From positions 8,571-72,570 of the forward strand of contig JAESUM010000038.1 in assembly GCA_016763075.1 (NCBI GenBank): 64,000 nt of DNA. Direction: 5' to 3'. Shown piece by piece: positions 37,354 through 47,580 of the stretch. This DNA comes from Pseudomonadales bacterium. Its GTDB lineage: Bacteria; Pseudomonadota; Gammaproteobacteria; Pseudomonadales; JAHRWD01. Numbering within the stretch: the stretch's first letter is position 1; each line of letters begins with the position of its first letter. Both the position numbers and the translations under genes were made by a program. The notes below the pieces were generated by a model that was given only the letters and a program-made list of their open reading frames with translations, had not been told where the DNA came from and made no database searches.

Positions 37354-39123
37354 TTATGAGCCTTTTGAAAAGCCTTCTCTTCGAGGGTCTGCGCCACCTT
37401 TTAGGAGGCCCTTTGAATCAATGGTTATTCCATGCAGGCCGCTGTTCAAATCCCGAATATTTACTATATGACCCATGGCTTCAAGCTGCTCTTTCATGCC
37501 CTCTAATATCGAGTTTTGTTCGAGGTCTGTAGCGCCGTTTCTGTTACCGAAATGTGGTAAATTAATTGCATGTTGAATAGATAGCTTCCAATCTAATAGT
37601 GCTACAAGCGTTTCAATCACATAATTAATGATTCTGCTTCCGCCGGGTGAGCCGATGAGCATAATTAGTTGGTCATTTTTATCGAAAACCATGGTCGGCG
37701 CCATCGAGCTTCTTGGTCGTTTTCCTGCCTGAACAGAGTTAGCGATTTGCGATCCGTTGGCTTCAGATGCGAATGAAAAATCGGTGAGTTGGTTGTTTAA
37801 CAAAAACCCGTCAACCATCAACGATGAACCGAAGGCCATTTCGATACTTGTGGTAACAGATACGCCATTTCCCTGTTGGTCGATAATTGAGTAATGGCTG
37901 GTTGATGGTAGTTCAGGTGATGTTGAAGTGGTCCATACCGTTGCACCTTTTATGTTGCCTGCCTGGGCTTTTCCCATATCTTGGTTGGGGTTGATCAGCT
38001 TTGCGCGGGATAGTGCATATGCTGGGTCTAACAGCGCGGCTGTGGGCACGGCTACAAAGTCGTTGTCGGCAATATAAAGGTTGCGGTCGGCAAATGCTAA
38101 GCGCTGCGCCTGAGTAATGAGGTGTATTGATTCGATCGATAAAGGCTTCATTGCCGGTAAATCAAAATGACTGAGAATTTGCATGGTTTGGATCACCGTT
38201 AAACCACCGGAGCTTGGTGGCGCCATGCCGCAAATGCGGTAGCTGCGGTATGCGGCGCAAACCGGCGGCCGAATTTTAGCCTGATAAGCGCCAAGGTCTG
38301 CCATGCTAAGCGTACCTGGATTACCCGCGTGGCCGTTTACGGCTTCAATAATATGCTTGGCTATGTCGCCTCGGTAAAAGGCTTTGGTGCCTTCTTTGGC
38401 GATCTTATGCAGTGCCTTAGCAAGTTTTGGGTTGGTGAGCTTGTCACCGGCCACGATGGCCTTTTGGTTTGGAAAGAAGTAGTCATTCGCTGCACCGGCA
38501 CGCTTCAAACCAGGGTTTATATCTGCCTTAACTAATTTTTCTAATCGTGGCGATACACTAAAACCTTGCTCGGAGAGTGTAATGGCGTCTTCAAATAATG
38601 ATTCCCAAGGTAGCGAGCCATAAGCTTGGTGATCTTGCTCAAACATTTTTAATACGCCGGGCACGCCGACTGATTTTCCGCCCACTACGGCTTCGATCCA
38701 TTTCATGGGTTTACCATCAGGGTGACGAAACAGATTGGGCTGCACATCACTTGGTGCGGTTTCGCGGCCATCAAAGGTTACTAGCTCTTTTTTGGCTTGA
38801 TCCCAATAGAGCAAAAATGCGCCACCGCCAATGCCCGAGGACTGCGGTTCAACCAAATTCAATACCATTTGAACGGCAATTGCGGCATCAATGGCGTTGC
38901 CGCCTTTGGCCAGAATCTTGGCGCCGGCATCGGTTGCGTAGCGGTTTGCAGCACTCACCATAAAGCGCTGGCTGCTAGCCTCGGTTTGTGTGGTCATGCC
39001 GGTAGCGGCTTCAGGGTCGCGGTCTTCTCGCTCTGGTGCGGGTTTAGAGCATGCAGACAACAACGTAAAACAGATAATCCCTGCGGTTAGCAGTCGTGCT
39101 GTATTGGTGGCTTGGCTAGGCAT
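37354..39123 (-). CDS. ggt: Gamma-glutamyltransferase
   Basis: Lipoprotein-like signal (LLSAC), autoprocessing and catalytic Thr region PSTSHYSIID, and GSPGGSRI near the C-terminus. Confidence 0.9.
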   Translation of the reverse strand: MPSQATNTARLLTAGIICFTLLSACSKPAPEREDRDPEAATGMTTQTEASSQRFMVSAANRYATDAGAKILAKGGNAIDAAIAVQMVLNLVEPQSSGIGGGAFLLYWDQAKKELVTFDGRETAPSDVQPNLFRHPDGKPMKWIEAVVGGKSVGVPGVLKMFEQDHQAYGSLPWESLFEDAITLSEQGFSVSPRLEKLVKADINPGLKRAGAANDYFFPNQKAIVAGDKLTNPKLAKALHKIAKEGTKAFYRGDIAKHIIEAVNGHAGNPGTLSMADLGAYQAKIRPPVCAAYRSYRICGMAPPSSGGLTVIQTMQILSHFDLPAMKPLSIESIHLITQAQRLAFADRNLYIADNDFVAVPTAALLDPAYALSRAKLINPNQDMGKAQAGNIKGATVWTTSTSPELPSTSHYSIIDQQGNGVSVTTSIEMAFGSSLMVDGFLLNNQLTDFSFASEANGSQIANSVQAGKRPRSSMAPTMVFDKNDQLIMLIGSPGGSRIINYVIETLVALLDWKLSIQHAINLPHFGNRNGATDLEQNSILEGMKEQLEAMGHIVNIRDLNSGLHGITIDSKGLLKGGADPRREGFSKGS

Positions 39124-39311
39124 GTGTATTCCTGAATAGTGGGTTCAATAGATCAAGTTGAATGAGATCTGTATGGCTATGTTGTAAGGCAGTGCGGTAA
39201 GGCGTGTTTATATTGGGTGTTTGTAGTTCAGCTAGGAAATGCATGTGACACATCCATTCAGCTGCAAATCATATTTGGTTATGCGGCGGTTATGTGGGTG
39301 GTGCGCGTTGG

Positions 39312-40904
39312 TTATGGGGTGGATCGGCCCCAGCCGCCGCCGCCAGGTGTGGTGATTTCGAGCAAGTCGTGGGGTTGAACATTTAAACTGCATTTTGCCG
39401 GCACGGTTTTTCCATTGAGACGGTTTTCGCCAGGTAAACCCGTAGCGCCGCCGTTAAGCCCCCATGGCGCAGTGGTGCGGCGCTCAGTAAGAAGCGTTAC
39501 CTCGGCAGGTTGTAAGAATTCAAACTCCCGAACAATGCCGTTACCGCCTTGGTATTGGCCCGCACCGCCGGATTCGCGGCGAATACTGTAGCGTTTAATA
39601 CGCAGTGGGTAGTGGGTTTCTAGGCTTTCAACCGGCGTGTTTAACGTGTTGGTCATATGTGTTTGTACTGCGTTCAAACCATGACCGCTGGAATTGGCCC
39701 CCATGCCGCCGCCCACCGTTTCGTAATAGTCCCATGGTGTGCTTTTGGCGGGGTCTCGGTTACCCATTGCGACGTTATTCATTGAGCCATGGCTGGCAGC
39801 TGGAATGAGCAGGGGTATCACCTGAGCTAACGCGCCCAATACAACATCAACGATACGGCTTGAGGTTTCTACATTGCCGGCTGCAACCGCAGCGGGCCGC
39901 TGGGCATTAAGGAGAGAGCCCAATGGCGCAGTGATGGATATATCTTCAAATGCGCCAGCGCAGGCCGGGGTTTGATCTGGCATGAGGCAGCGAAACGCGT
40001 AATAAACTGCCGCTGCGGCAACCGATAATGGGCAGTTGATATTTCCGGGAACCTGCTTTGCGGTGCCAGAAAAATCCGCATGAATTTTACCGGCCTTAAC
40101 ATGAAGCACAAGGTCGATGGTTATGTTCGTTGTTCCGGCACCATCGCTATCCATAATATCGCTAAACGGATATGAGCCATCGGGAATGCCTTTGAGCACG
40201 GTAGAGCTAAGCCGCTGCGCATAACGGTTCAGTTGCTCCAAGCCATCTTGAAAATTATTCAAGCCGGTATCGAAAATCATCGCTTCGAGGCGTTCTAAGC
40301 CCACTTGGTTAGTGCTCACTTGAGCTGAAAAATCAGCTAGCGCTAAGCTATTTAGCGATATTGGCTCGTGGCTGCTGCCGTCAATTTCCCCCAGTAGGTT
40401 TAGGGTGGTTTGTTGTAACTTGCCGCCTTTAATTATCCAGCTTGGGGCAATAATCACGCCTTCCTGCTCAAGGTGAGTGGATAGTGGCATCGAGCCCGGA
40501 GCATCACCGCCGATATTGGCATGGTGGGCGCGGTTAGCGACAAACGCTACCAGTGTTTGTGATGCATTGGGGCTGTTAGTATTGGTGATGAACAGCGGCG
40601 CAACAAGGGTAACGTCTGGCAGATGAGTTCCGCCTAGGTAGGGGTCGTTGAGCACCAGCATGTCGCCGTTTTGCCAATCCATGGAAGTGACAATGCCTCC
40701 CATTGCGTAGGCCATACTGCCCAAATGCACAGGAATATGAGCCGCTTGCGCAAACAGTTTGCCCTGCGGATCAAACAGCGCACATGAAAAATCGAGCCGG
40801 TCTTTGATGTTGGGAGAAAAAGAAGTCCGCGCAAGTACCAGCCCCATTTCTTCGCATATGGCTTCGATCCGGCTACTAAAAATACTCAGCTCAATAGCGT
40901 TCAT
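39312..40904 (-). CDS. Hydantoinase B / oxoprolinase family protein (HyuB-like)
   Basis: Full-length family-typical sequence (IFSSRIEAICEEMG..., NDPYLGGTHLPDVT, ...GGGGWG). Confidence 0.85.
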   Translation of the reverse strand: MNAIELSIFSSRIEAICEEMGLVLARTSFSPNIKDRLDFSCALFDPQGKLFAQAAHIPVHLGSMAYAMGGIVTSMDWQNGDMLVLNDPYLGGTHLPDVTLVAPLFITNTNSPNASQTLVAFVANRAHHANIGGDAPGSMPLSTHLEQEGVIIAPSWIIKGGKLQQTTLNLLGEIDGSSHEPISLNSLALADFSAQVSTNQVGLERLEAMIFDTGLNNFQDGLEQLNRYAQRLSSTVLKGIPDGSYPFSDIMDSDGAGTTNITIDLVLHVKAGKIHADFSGTAKQVPGNINCPLSVAAAAVYYAFRCLMPDQTPACAGAFEDISITAPLGSLLNAQRPAAVAAGNVETSSRIVDVVLGALAQVIPLLIPAASHGSMNNVAMGNRDPAKSTPWDYYETVGGGMGANSSGHGLNAVQTHMTNTLNTPVESLETHYPLRIKRYSIRRESGGAGQYQGGNGIVREFEFLQPAEVTLLTERRTTAPWGLNGGATGLPGENRLNGKTVPAKCSLNVQPHDLLEITTPGGGGWGRSTP

Positions 40905-40947
40905 GAGTTACCTGAAAATTGGCTAGAATGATGAAAACGAAGAGCGT

Positions 40948-40973
40948 GAAAAGAGCCCTGATATCAGGGCTCT
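40948..40973 (-). terminator. Hairpin with a short U-tract downstream of the nitroreductase gene
   Basis: AGAGCCCTG-ATAT-CAGGGCTCT forms a perfect 9-bp stem. On the minus strand it is followed by TTTT. It lies only ~45 nt upstream of the hyuB start. Confidence 0.4.
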
Positions 40974-41059
40974 CGATTCTAGCAAGTGTAGCTAGTGGTC
41001 ATGCAACTTGGCCGCGCTACTACCTAGCGTGGCCGTTTTATTCTGCGCTATTTTGCGCT

Positions 41060-41725
41060 TTAGCAGAACGTAACGATTTCACTAAGCTCAGCACGGTCGG
41101 TTTTAAGCGAGTTAATAGGCGCGTCAGGGTCGCTATAACCCAGTGCCATACCGCAAAACACCATTTGCTCTACCGGCACATGTACAAATTCAGAGATGCT
41201 TTTGTGCCAAATCGCCCAGGCTTCTTGCGCGCATGTGTGAAGGCCTTGCTCTCTTGCAGCCAGCATGACGCTCTGCAAAAACATCCCAAGGTCAGCCCAC
41301 TGGCCTAATCCCATTTGGCGGTCAATGGTAAAAAACAGCGCACTCGGTGCATTGAATAGCTCAAAGTTACGAGCAAATTGCATCATTCTGCCAATTTTGT
41401 CTTCGCGCTTTATTTCCATGGTTGCGTACATATCTTCGCCGCATTTAGAACGACGAGCTTTGTACGGGTTGGTAATTTCTTTTGGGTAAATATCGTATTC
41501 GGTGCCTTCACCGCGTGGGTTTTGAGCAACCTTTTCGGCAATGTCGGATACGAAGGTCTGAAGCTTGTCGCCGCTTAGCACGTACACATGCCATGGCTGC
41601 AAGTTGCCGCCAGAAGGTGCTCGTTTAGCTTGCTCGAGAATCTCGCGAATCTGTTCCTGCGAAACCGGTTTGTCGAGAAATGCACGGCAGCTAAACCGGC
41701 TTTCTAGTGCTTCAGATACGTTCAT
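41060..41725 (-). CDS. Nitroreductase family protein
   Basis: RFSCRAFLDKPVS...APSGGNLQPWHVYVL signature of FMN nitroreductases. Confidence 0.85.
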   Translation of the reverse strand: MNVSEALESRFSCRAFLDKPVSQEQIREILEQAKRAPSGGNLQPWHVYVLSGDKLQTFVSDIAEKVAQNPRGEGTEYDIYPKEITNPYKARRSKCGEDMYATMEIKREDKIGRMMQFARNFELFNAPSALFFTIDRQMGLGQWADLGMFLQSVMLAAREQGLHTCAQEAWAIWHKSISEFVHVPVEQMVFCGMALGYSDPDAPINSLKTDRAELSEIVTFC

Positions 41726-41964
41726 TGAATATCGTCCTTATTGGGTTTGGGCTTTCTTACATGAGAGCCGTGTTGTTATTTTATTACGAGTGCTTGCTGG
41801 TTTTGGTTGGCCTGCAGCAAGCATCTAAATTCCAACTACCAAATTACCACTGCCAGCAGGGGTGATACAATAGACGGATAATAAACCGCTTGGTTTTTAG
41901 CTTGAAAGTCCGCACATCCGCAACCACAGATATAAATATCCAGCATTAAAGAGAGCAATTATAA

Positions 41965-42543
41965 ATGAGTACCGAAGCCCAGTTACAAGCCCGTAGCGGT
42001 TCTAAATGTGAATTGTGTAGTGCGAAGCAGTCGTTAAGTGTTTATGAGGTACCGCCAACATCAAATGGCGAGGCAGATCAATCCGTGCTGGTGTGCGATC
42101 ACTGCAAAAACCAAATTGAAAATAACGAGGCGCTTGATGTTGACCACTGGCGTTGTTTGAACGACAGCATGTGGAACCCGGCCCCGGTTGTACAGGTTAT
42201 GGCGTGGCGAATGTTAGACAAATTAAGCGCCGAAGATTGGGCTCAAAATTTGCTTGAAATGTTGTACCTCGATGAAGACAACTTGGCCTGGGCACTGGCA
42301 TTAAGTGGTGACGCAAACGCAGACAATATTAAACATCTCGACAGCAATGGTGCTGTGTTAGCAGCAGGGGATACCGTCACCTTAACCAAAGACCTTACGG
42401 TAAAGGGTGCGAACTTTACGGCTAAGCGTGGAACCGCGGTGCGGGGTATTTCGTTGGTGGCTGACAATGCCGATCAAATTGAAGGAAAGATAAGCGGCCA
42501 GCAGATCGTAATTTTAACTAAGTTTGTCAAGAAATCTTACTAA
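41965..42543 (+). CDS. phnA: PhnA/YjdM family zinc-ribbon protein
   Basis: N-terminal CELC...CDHC zinc ribbon and the conserved PhnA C-terminal domain (DSNGAVLAAGDTVTLTKDLTVKG...LKTEFVKK-like end). Confidence 0.8.
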   Translation: MSTEAQLQARSGSKCELCSAKQSLSVYEVPPTSNGEADQSVLVCDHCKNQIENNEALDVDHWRCLNDSMWNPAPVVQVMAWRMLDKLSAEDWAQNLLEMLYLDEDNLAWALALSGDANADNIKHLDSNGAVLAAGDTVTLTKDLTVKGANFTAKRGTAVRGISLVADNADQIEGKISGQQIVILTKFVKKSY

Positions 42544-42581
42544 CGTATTGTTAAATATATATATTTAAGATTAATTTATAA

Positions 42582-42800
42582 CTATTGGTTATCTTGAATT
42601 AGCGCTCTAATCTTCACGGCTTTTTCAAAATGATCAAGCTTATGAGTGCTAATCCACCACTGTGCAGCCTCCATCAATAACTCAGGTTCGCTGTTTTTTT
42701 TGGCGAAAAAGGCATAAAAAGACAGCCCTACGGTGGGGCCTTTTGTAGCAATTTTCTTGTCGCAAATCTCTATGACTTTTCTTCGAAGACTGTTTCTCAT
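42582..42800 (-). CDS. Small hypothetical protein (72 aa)
   Basis: Only an ORF in an otherwise empty gap. I recognise no family. Confidence 0.25.
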   Translation of the reverse strand: MRNSLRRKVIEICDKKIATKGPTVGLSFYAFFAKKNSEPELLMEAAQWWISTHKLDHFEKAVKIRALIQDNQ

Positions 42801-42907
42801 GTTGGGGCGGTGGTGCTTCTCATTGGTTAGACCCCTTATATAACTCTTTTTAACCCCTCGTTAAAAGCGCCCCAAAGCACATTGCGAAACCCCTTTATTG
42901 TTAGGAG

Positions 42908-45163
42908 TTAGCGTGGGCGTTTGGAGTGCTTGCGAGCAGCCTTTTTGGTCGAGGTGTTTTTGCCTTTATTGCCCGCAGGCTTCTTATCATTGAAGTGATT
43001 ATGAGTGGTCATGGCTGGCCGCCCATTGCTGGTTTTGAATTGTTCGCCGCCAGTACCTTTGGGCTGCCACGTGGGTATAAGGTGCTGTTTGGTATTGCCG
43101 ATAAGGTCAGTGCGGCCCAACTCTTTTAACGCTTCGCGCAGCAGCGGCCAGTTTTCTGGGTCGTGGTAGCGCAAAAAGGCTTTATGTAATTTGCGTACTC
43201 CGGCTTTGCGTGGAATAGGTATTGGCGCTCGGCGCTTCAACGGCACCAATGGGCTTTGTTCGCTGTGGTACATGGCGGTGGCCATCGCCATGGGTGTCGG
43301 TAAAAAGGTCTGCACTTGGTCAAGGCGGAACTTATTTTTCTTCAGCCACAGTGCCAAATTCAGCATATCTAGGTTGGTTGTACCCGGGTGCGCGGCAATA
43401 AAGTACGGTATTAAGTACTGCTCTTTACCCGCTTCCGCGGAGAACTTTTCAAACATCTCCCGGAACTCTTCATAGGCGCCAATACCGGGTTTCATCATGC
43501 TGTTGAGCGGCCCATCTTCGGTGTGCTCGGGGGCGATTTTTAAATAGCCGCCAACGTGATGGGTGACCAACTCTTTTACATATTCTGGTGAGCGTACGGC
43601 TAAATCGTAACGTAAGCCCGATGCTATCAGCACGCGTTTTACGCCAGGAATTTCTCTGGCCTTACGGTATAAATTGATCAACGGGGTGTGGTCGGTATTT
43701 AGGTTTTTGCAAATACCTGGAAAGACGCAAGACAAGCGTCGGCAGCTGGATTCAATTTTTGGATCGTTGCAGGCAAGCCGGTACATGTTTGCGGTGGGGC
43801 CGCCAAGGTCAGAAATAGTCCCGGTAAAACCATCGGTTTTATCGCGAATGTTAGCGATCTCGTTAAGAACCGACTGCTCCGAACGGCTTTGAATAATGCG
43901 GCCTTCATGTTCAGTGATCGAACAAAAAGTACAGCCGCCAAAGCAGCCGCGCATAATATTGACCGAAAATCGGATCATATCCCAAGCGGGGATTTTAGCG
44001 CCTTCGTAACTTGGGTGCGGTTGGCGAGCGTAGGGTAGCTCGTACACCCAATCGAGTTCTTCGGTGGTGAGCGGAATAGGCGGCGGGTTGATTTGAATCT
44101 CTTTGCTGCCTGGCCCTTGGCCCTGGCCTTGAATCATTGGGCGGGCATTTCCGGGGTTAGACTCTAAGTGCAAAACCCGCGATGCATGGGCATACAGTGA
44201 TGGGTTGTCTAAAACCTGATTGTACGAAGGCAGTTGAATTAGCGTTTTAGCGCGATCTTTGGCCTTTTGGTAATTCCCGAGCTGAACAACTTGTACGCCT
44301 GCCTTTTCTGGCAGCACTTCTATTGGCTGTCCATCTACAGGGTTAACTTCGGTAACAGGTTGTTTGCCAGTATTACAGGAAGCGTCTTTGTTATTGGCTT
44401 CCTTCATTTCATATGGATCTGGGTGCGGGTCAACCACGCCCGGGGTATCAATGCTGGTGGAGTCTTTAATGATCCAGTCTTTGGTTAGCTCGGGGTTTTT
44501 GCGTACAAACACCGTGCCGCGCAGGTCGGTAATATCCGATGGATGTTCACCCCCTGCAATACGGTGGGTCAACTCAACCAAAGCGCGTTCGGCATTGCCA
44601 TACAACAGTATGTCGGCTTTGGTGTCGACTAAAATAGAGCGCCGAACTTTGTCGGACCAATAATCATAATGGGCCGCTCGGCGTAGGCTGCCTTCAATGC
44701 CGCCCAACACCACGCCGCAGTTTTTGTAAGCTTCGCGGCAACGCTGGGTGTATACAATAGTTGCGCGATCAGGCCGACGGTTGGCTTCGCCACCGGCAGT
44801 GTAGGCATCGTTACTGCGGATTTTTCGGTCAGAAGTGTAGCGATTGACCATTGAATCCATATTGCCGGCAGTTACGCCAAAATATAGATTGGGTTTTCCT
44901 AGGGCTTTAAAATCATCTACTGAGCGCCAGTCAGGCTGGGCAATAATGCCAACCCGGTAACCCTGAGCCTCGAGTAGACGGCCAATTAAGGCTGCCCCAA
45001 AACTTGGGTGGTCGATGTAGGCGTCGCCAGAAATGACGATAACATCGCAACTATCCCAGCCAAGCTCGTCCATTTCAGCGCGAGTGCGGGGTAAAAAGGG
45101 AGCTGGGCCATAGCATTCGGCCCAGAACTTACGGTAGGAAAATAACGGTTTGGCTGCATTCAT
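42908..45163 (-). CDS. ygiQ: YgiQ family radical SAM protein (UPF0313)
   Basis: CxxxCxxC cluster motif [13 protein letters not shown], the YgiQ-type N-terminal domain ([16 protein letters not shown]) and a basic C-terminal tail. The probable start is the ATG at 45163 (MNAAKPL). Confidence 0.85.
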   Translation of the reverse strand: MNAAKPLFSYRKFWAECYGPAPFLPRTRAEMDELGWDSCDVIVISGDAYIDHPSFGAALIGRLLEAQGYRVGIIAQPDWRSVDDFKALGKPNLYFGVTAGNMDSMVNRYTSDRKIRSNDAYTAGGEANRRPDRATIVYTQRCREAYKNCGVVLGGIEGSLRRAAHYDYWSDKVRRSILVDTKADILLYGNAERALVELTHRIAGGEHPSDITDLRGTVFVRKNPELTKDWIIKDSTSIDTPGVVDPHPDPYEMKEANNKDASCNTGKQPVTEVNPVDGQPIEVLPEKAGVQVVQLGNYQKAKDRAKTLIQLPSYNQVLDNPSLYAHASRVLHLESNPGNARPMIQGQGQGPGSKEIQINPPPIPLTTEELDWVYELPYARQPHPSYEGAKIPAWDMIRFSVNIMRGCFGGCTFCSITEHEGRIIQSRSEQSVLNEIANIRDKTDGFTGTISDLGGPTANMYRLACNDPKIESSCRRLSCVFPGICKNLNTDHTPLINLYRKAREIPGVKRVLIASGLRYDLAVRSPEYVKELVTHHVGGYLKIAPEHTEDGPLNSMMKPGIGAYEEFREMFEKFSAEAGKEQYLIPYFIAAHPGTTNLDMLNLALWLKKNKFRLDQVQTFLPTPMAMATAMYHSEQSPLVPLKRRAPIPIPRKAGVRKLHKAFLRYHDPENWPLLREALKELGRTDLIGNTKQHLIPTWQPKGTGGEQFKTSNGRPAMTTHNHFNDKKPAGNKGKNTSTKKAARKHSKRPR

Positions 45164-45318
45164 TCGGCGGATTCTACCTGAAAATTTTATCAAGTTCAGA
45201 ATTGTCTAAACACCTAACTAAAAACGCGTATTTATAGTTAGAATAAAGCGGGCTAAAATTAAGTAACCACAGTTAAGTCACTGGAATTGAGTGAAACGTT
45301 GATAGAGACCGCGTAAAT

Positions 45319-46140
45319 ATGATGAGTACCAAATTGGGTCAGTTGTATGTCGAAACCAAAGGCCAAGGCGTACCCTTTATATGGTCCCACGGACTCACCC
45401 ACAGTATAGAAGCTGAAAAAACATTAGGCGTGTACGACTGGAGCTCATTAGCAGATAGCTGCCAATTGATTCGTTATGACGCATTGGGCCACGGCCAATC
45501 GTCGGGCAGCTGCGAAGCCGCTGACTACCGTTGGCCAAGATTAGCGCAAGACATCATGCGCGTGGCTGATCATTGTATTGAAGGTCATCACAAGATTGAG
45601 GGGTTTATAGCAGGAGGTGCCTCAATGGGCTGTGCTTCATCTATATATGCCGCGCTACAACAGCCTGAGCGAATTAAAGGGCTGGTGTTGGTGATTCCGC
45701 CAACAGCGTGGCAAACCCGTAAAGCTCAAATCAAAATGTATGAAAAACTAGCGGCAACGGTTGAAGCTAACGGGATGGAGCACTATGCACGCCAGCAACG
45801 TAAAACGCCTTTGAACCCTGCTTTTTTAGCGCAGCTAAGCCCCAATTACAAAATGCATCGCGCGCAACAACTGCAACATATGAGCGCAGATTACCTGCCA
45901 GCAATATACCGAGGGGCCGGAGGGTCAGACCTGCCGGATACTCAAGCCCTTAAAAGCATCCGTTGTCCGGTACTTGTTCTTGGCTGGAGCGGCGATACTG
46001 GCCATCCAGCTTCCACCGCTCAGCAGCTAATAGAGCTTATCCCCGGTGCCCAGGGTGTTATTTCTAATAGCGCTGAAGAGGTGCGGCAATGGCCCGCTAG
46101 GGCGGCTGATTTCATCCAATCAATTCACGCTAGCGAGTAG
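45319..46140 (+). CDS. Alpha/beta hydrolase fold protein
   Basis: HG oxyanion region (IWSHGL) and nucleophile elbow GGASMGC. Confidence 0.7.
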   Translation: MMSTKLGQLYVETKGQGVPFIWSHGLTHSIEAEKTLGVYDWSSLADSCQLIRYDALGHGQSSGSCEAADYRWPRLAQDIMRVADHCIEGHHKIEGFIAGGASMGCASSIYAALQQPERIKGLVLVIPPTAWQTRKAQIKMYEKLAATVEANGMEHYARQQRKTPLNPAFLAQLSPNYKMHRAQQLQHMSADYLPAIYRGAGGSDLPDTQALKSIRCPVLVLGWSGDTGHPASTAQQLIELIPGAQGVISNSAEEVRQWPARAADFIQSIHASE

Positions 46141-46206
46141 GGTGCAAACCTAACGTAGGCACTGTTGCATGGCACTACAGATGGTTATATAGTGAATATT
46201 GATTTT

Positions 46207-46229
46207 AGGCAGCCACCGCTGCCTTTTTG
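46207..46229 (+). terminator. Rho-independent terminator after the hydrolase gene
   Basis: AGGCAGC-CACC-GCTGCCT followed by TTTTT. Confidence 0.6.
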
Positions 46230-46333
46230 CGTTTCTGGGGCGATTGATTTTGATTTTCGGCGCAGATTGCTTAACGGATACATTGCACTCAATCACGATA
46301 TTGAAACAGTGTCATAGGACAGGATGAATAACT

Positions 46334-47530
46334 ATGATCAGCCCGATCATGAATACCTACAAACGTTTGCCCGTCGCATTTAGCCACGGCCAAGGCATCT
46401 CTATCTTCGATACCGCCGGTAATGAATATACCGACGTGCTCTGTGGCATTGCGGTTACTGGCTTAGGGCATGCGCACCCAGCAGTAACCAAAGCGGTGAC
46501 AGACCAAGTGTCACGGGTAAACCACACCTCAAACTTGTATCAAATACCTAACCAAACTGAGCTTGCGACGCGATTAACCCAAGTTTCAGGAATGGATAGC
46601 TGCTTTTTTGGTAACTCTGGGGCAGAAGCGAACGAAGCAGCGATTAAGCTTGCGCGTTTGTACGGCCACAACAAAGGTATTGATCTACCGACTATTATTG
46701 TCACCGACGGTAGCTTCCACGGCCGCACCATGGCAACGCTGTCTGCTACCGGTAACCGAGCAATCCACGCAGGTTTTGAGCCGCTATTAACTGGTTTTGC
46801 ACGCGCACCCTATAACGATGTTGAAGCCGTGCGAAACATCGGCAAGAACAATAGCGACGTAGTGGCGGTTTTGGTTGAGCCAGTGATCGGTGAAGGGGGA
46901 ATAGTGATCCCTGACGAGCATTACCTCACCGAGCTACGCGCACTGTGTGACCAAAACGGCTGGCTACTCATGCTGGACGAAATTCAAACCGGCAACGGCC
47001 GAACCGGCAAATACTTTGCTTATCAGCATTCAGATATTCTCCCTGACGTGGTGACTACCGCCAAAGGTTTGGCGAATGGTTTGCCTATGGGTGTTTGTAT
47101 GGCTCGCGGCGAAGCAGCCACCACATTAAAAGCCGGCAATCATGGATCAACCTACGGCGGCAACCCGTTGGTATGCGCAGCTGCTTTAGCTGTGATGGAT
47201 GCCATTGAAAAAGACAACTTAGTCGCACGCGCCGCGCACTTAGGCGAGCGCATGCTCGAAGGTTTTAAAACCGAGCTTGGTGGCGCAGCCTACATTAAAG
47301 ATATTCGTGGTTTTGGCTTGATGATCGCTATCGAGCTAACCGAGCCATGTGCCGAGCTGGTCTCTTTAGCCTTGGCCACAGGCCTGCTGATTAACGTGAC
47401 CGCTGGCAGTGTTGTTCGACTTTTACCCGCATTAATTACCACTGATGAGCAAGCAGACGATATCGTTGAGCGAGTCAGTAAATTGATCAAAGTGTACTCA
47501 GGTGATGACCGTGGTCGTCCCCGCACTTGA
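46334..47530 (+). CDS. argD: Acetylornithine (succinylornithine) aminotransferase
   Basis: Class III aminotransferase sequence (FFGNSGAEANEAAIK, DEIQTG, TTAKGLANG with the PLP lysine). Adjacent to argF. Confidence 0.85.
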   Translation: MISPIMNTYKRLPVAFSHGQGISIFDTAGNEYTDVLCGIAVTGLGHAHPAVTKAVTDQVSRVNHTSNLYQIPNQTELATRLTQVSGMDSCFFGNSGAEANEAAIKLARLYGHNKGIDLPTIIVTDGSFHGRTMATLSATGNRAIHAGFEPLLTGFARAPYNDVEAVRNIGKNNSDVVAVLVEPVIGEGGIVIPDEHYLTELRALCDQNGWLLMLDEIQTGNGRTGKYFAYQHSDILPDVVTTAKGLANGLPMGVCMARGEAATTLKAGNHGSTYGGNPLVCAAALAVMDAIEKDNLVARAAHLGERMLEGFKTELGGAAYIKDIRGFGLMIAIELTEPCAELVSLALATGLLINVTAGSVVRLLPALITTDEQADDIVERVSKLIKVYSGDDRGRPRT

Positions 47531-47580
47531 TTTTAAAATGATCCTAACGACGTTTTTAAAACAGACTGAGAAGTAAGTAT

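Noticed and set aside
40919-41308. 129-aa plus-strand ORF spanning the hyuB-nitroreductase spacer
   Set aside because: It overlaps the 3' part of the nitroreductase gene in antisense and crosses the hairpin at 40952-40973. It has no recognisable similarity.
45164-45193. 10-codon extension of ygiQ ([10 protein letters not shown])
   Set aside because: The conserved YgiQ N-terminus begins at [14 protein letters not shown], so the upstream start is probably an artefact of reporting the longest ORF.
46191-46208. ARG-box-like sequence AGTGAATATTGATTTTAG (about 14 of 18 matches to the E. coli ArgR consensus) upstream of argD
   Set aside because: It is a single imperfect box that overlaps the terminator of the preceding hydrolase gene, so it lies outside the likely argD promoter. 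I found no second box.
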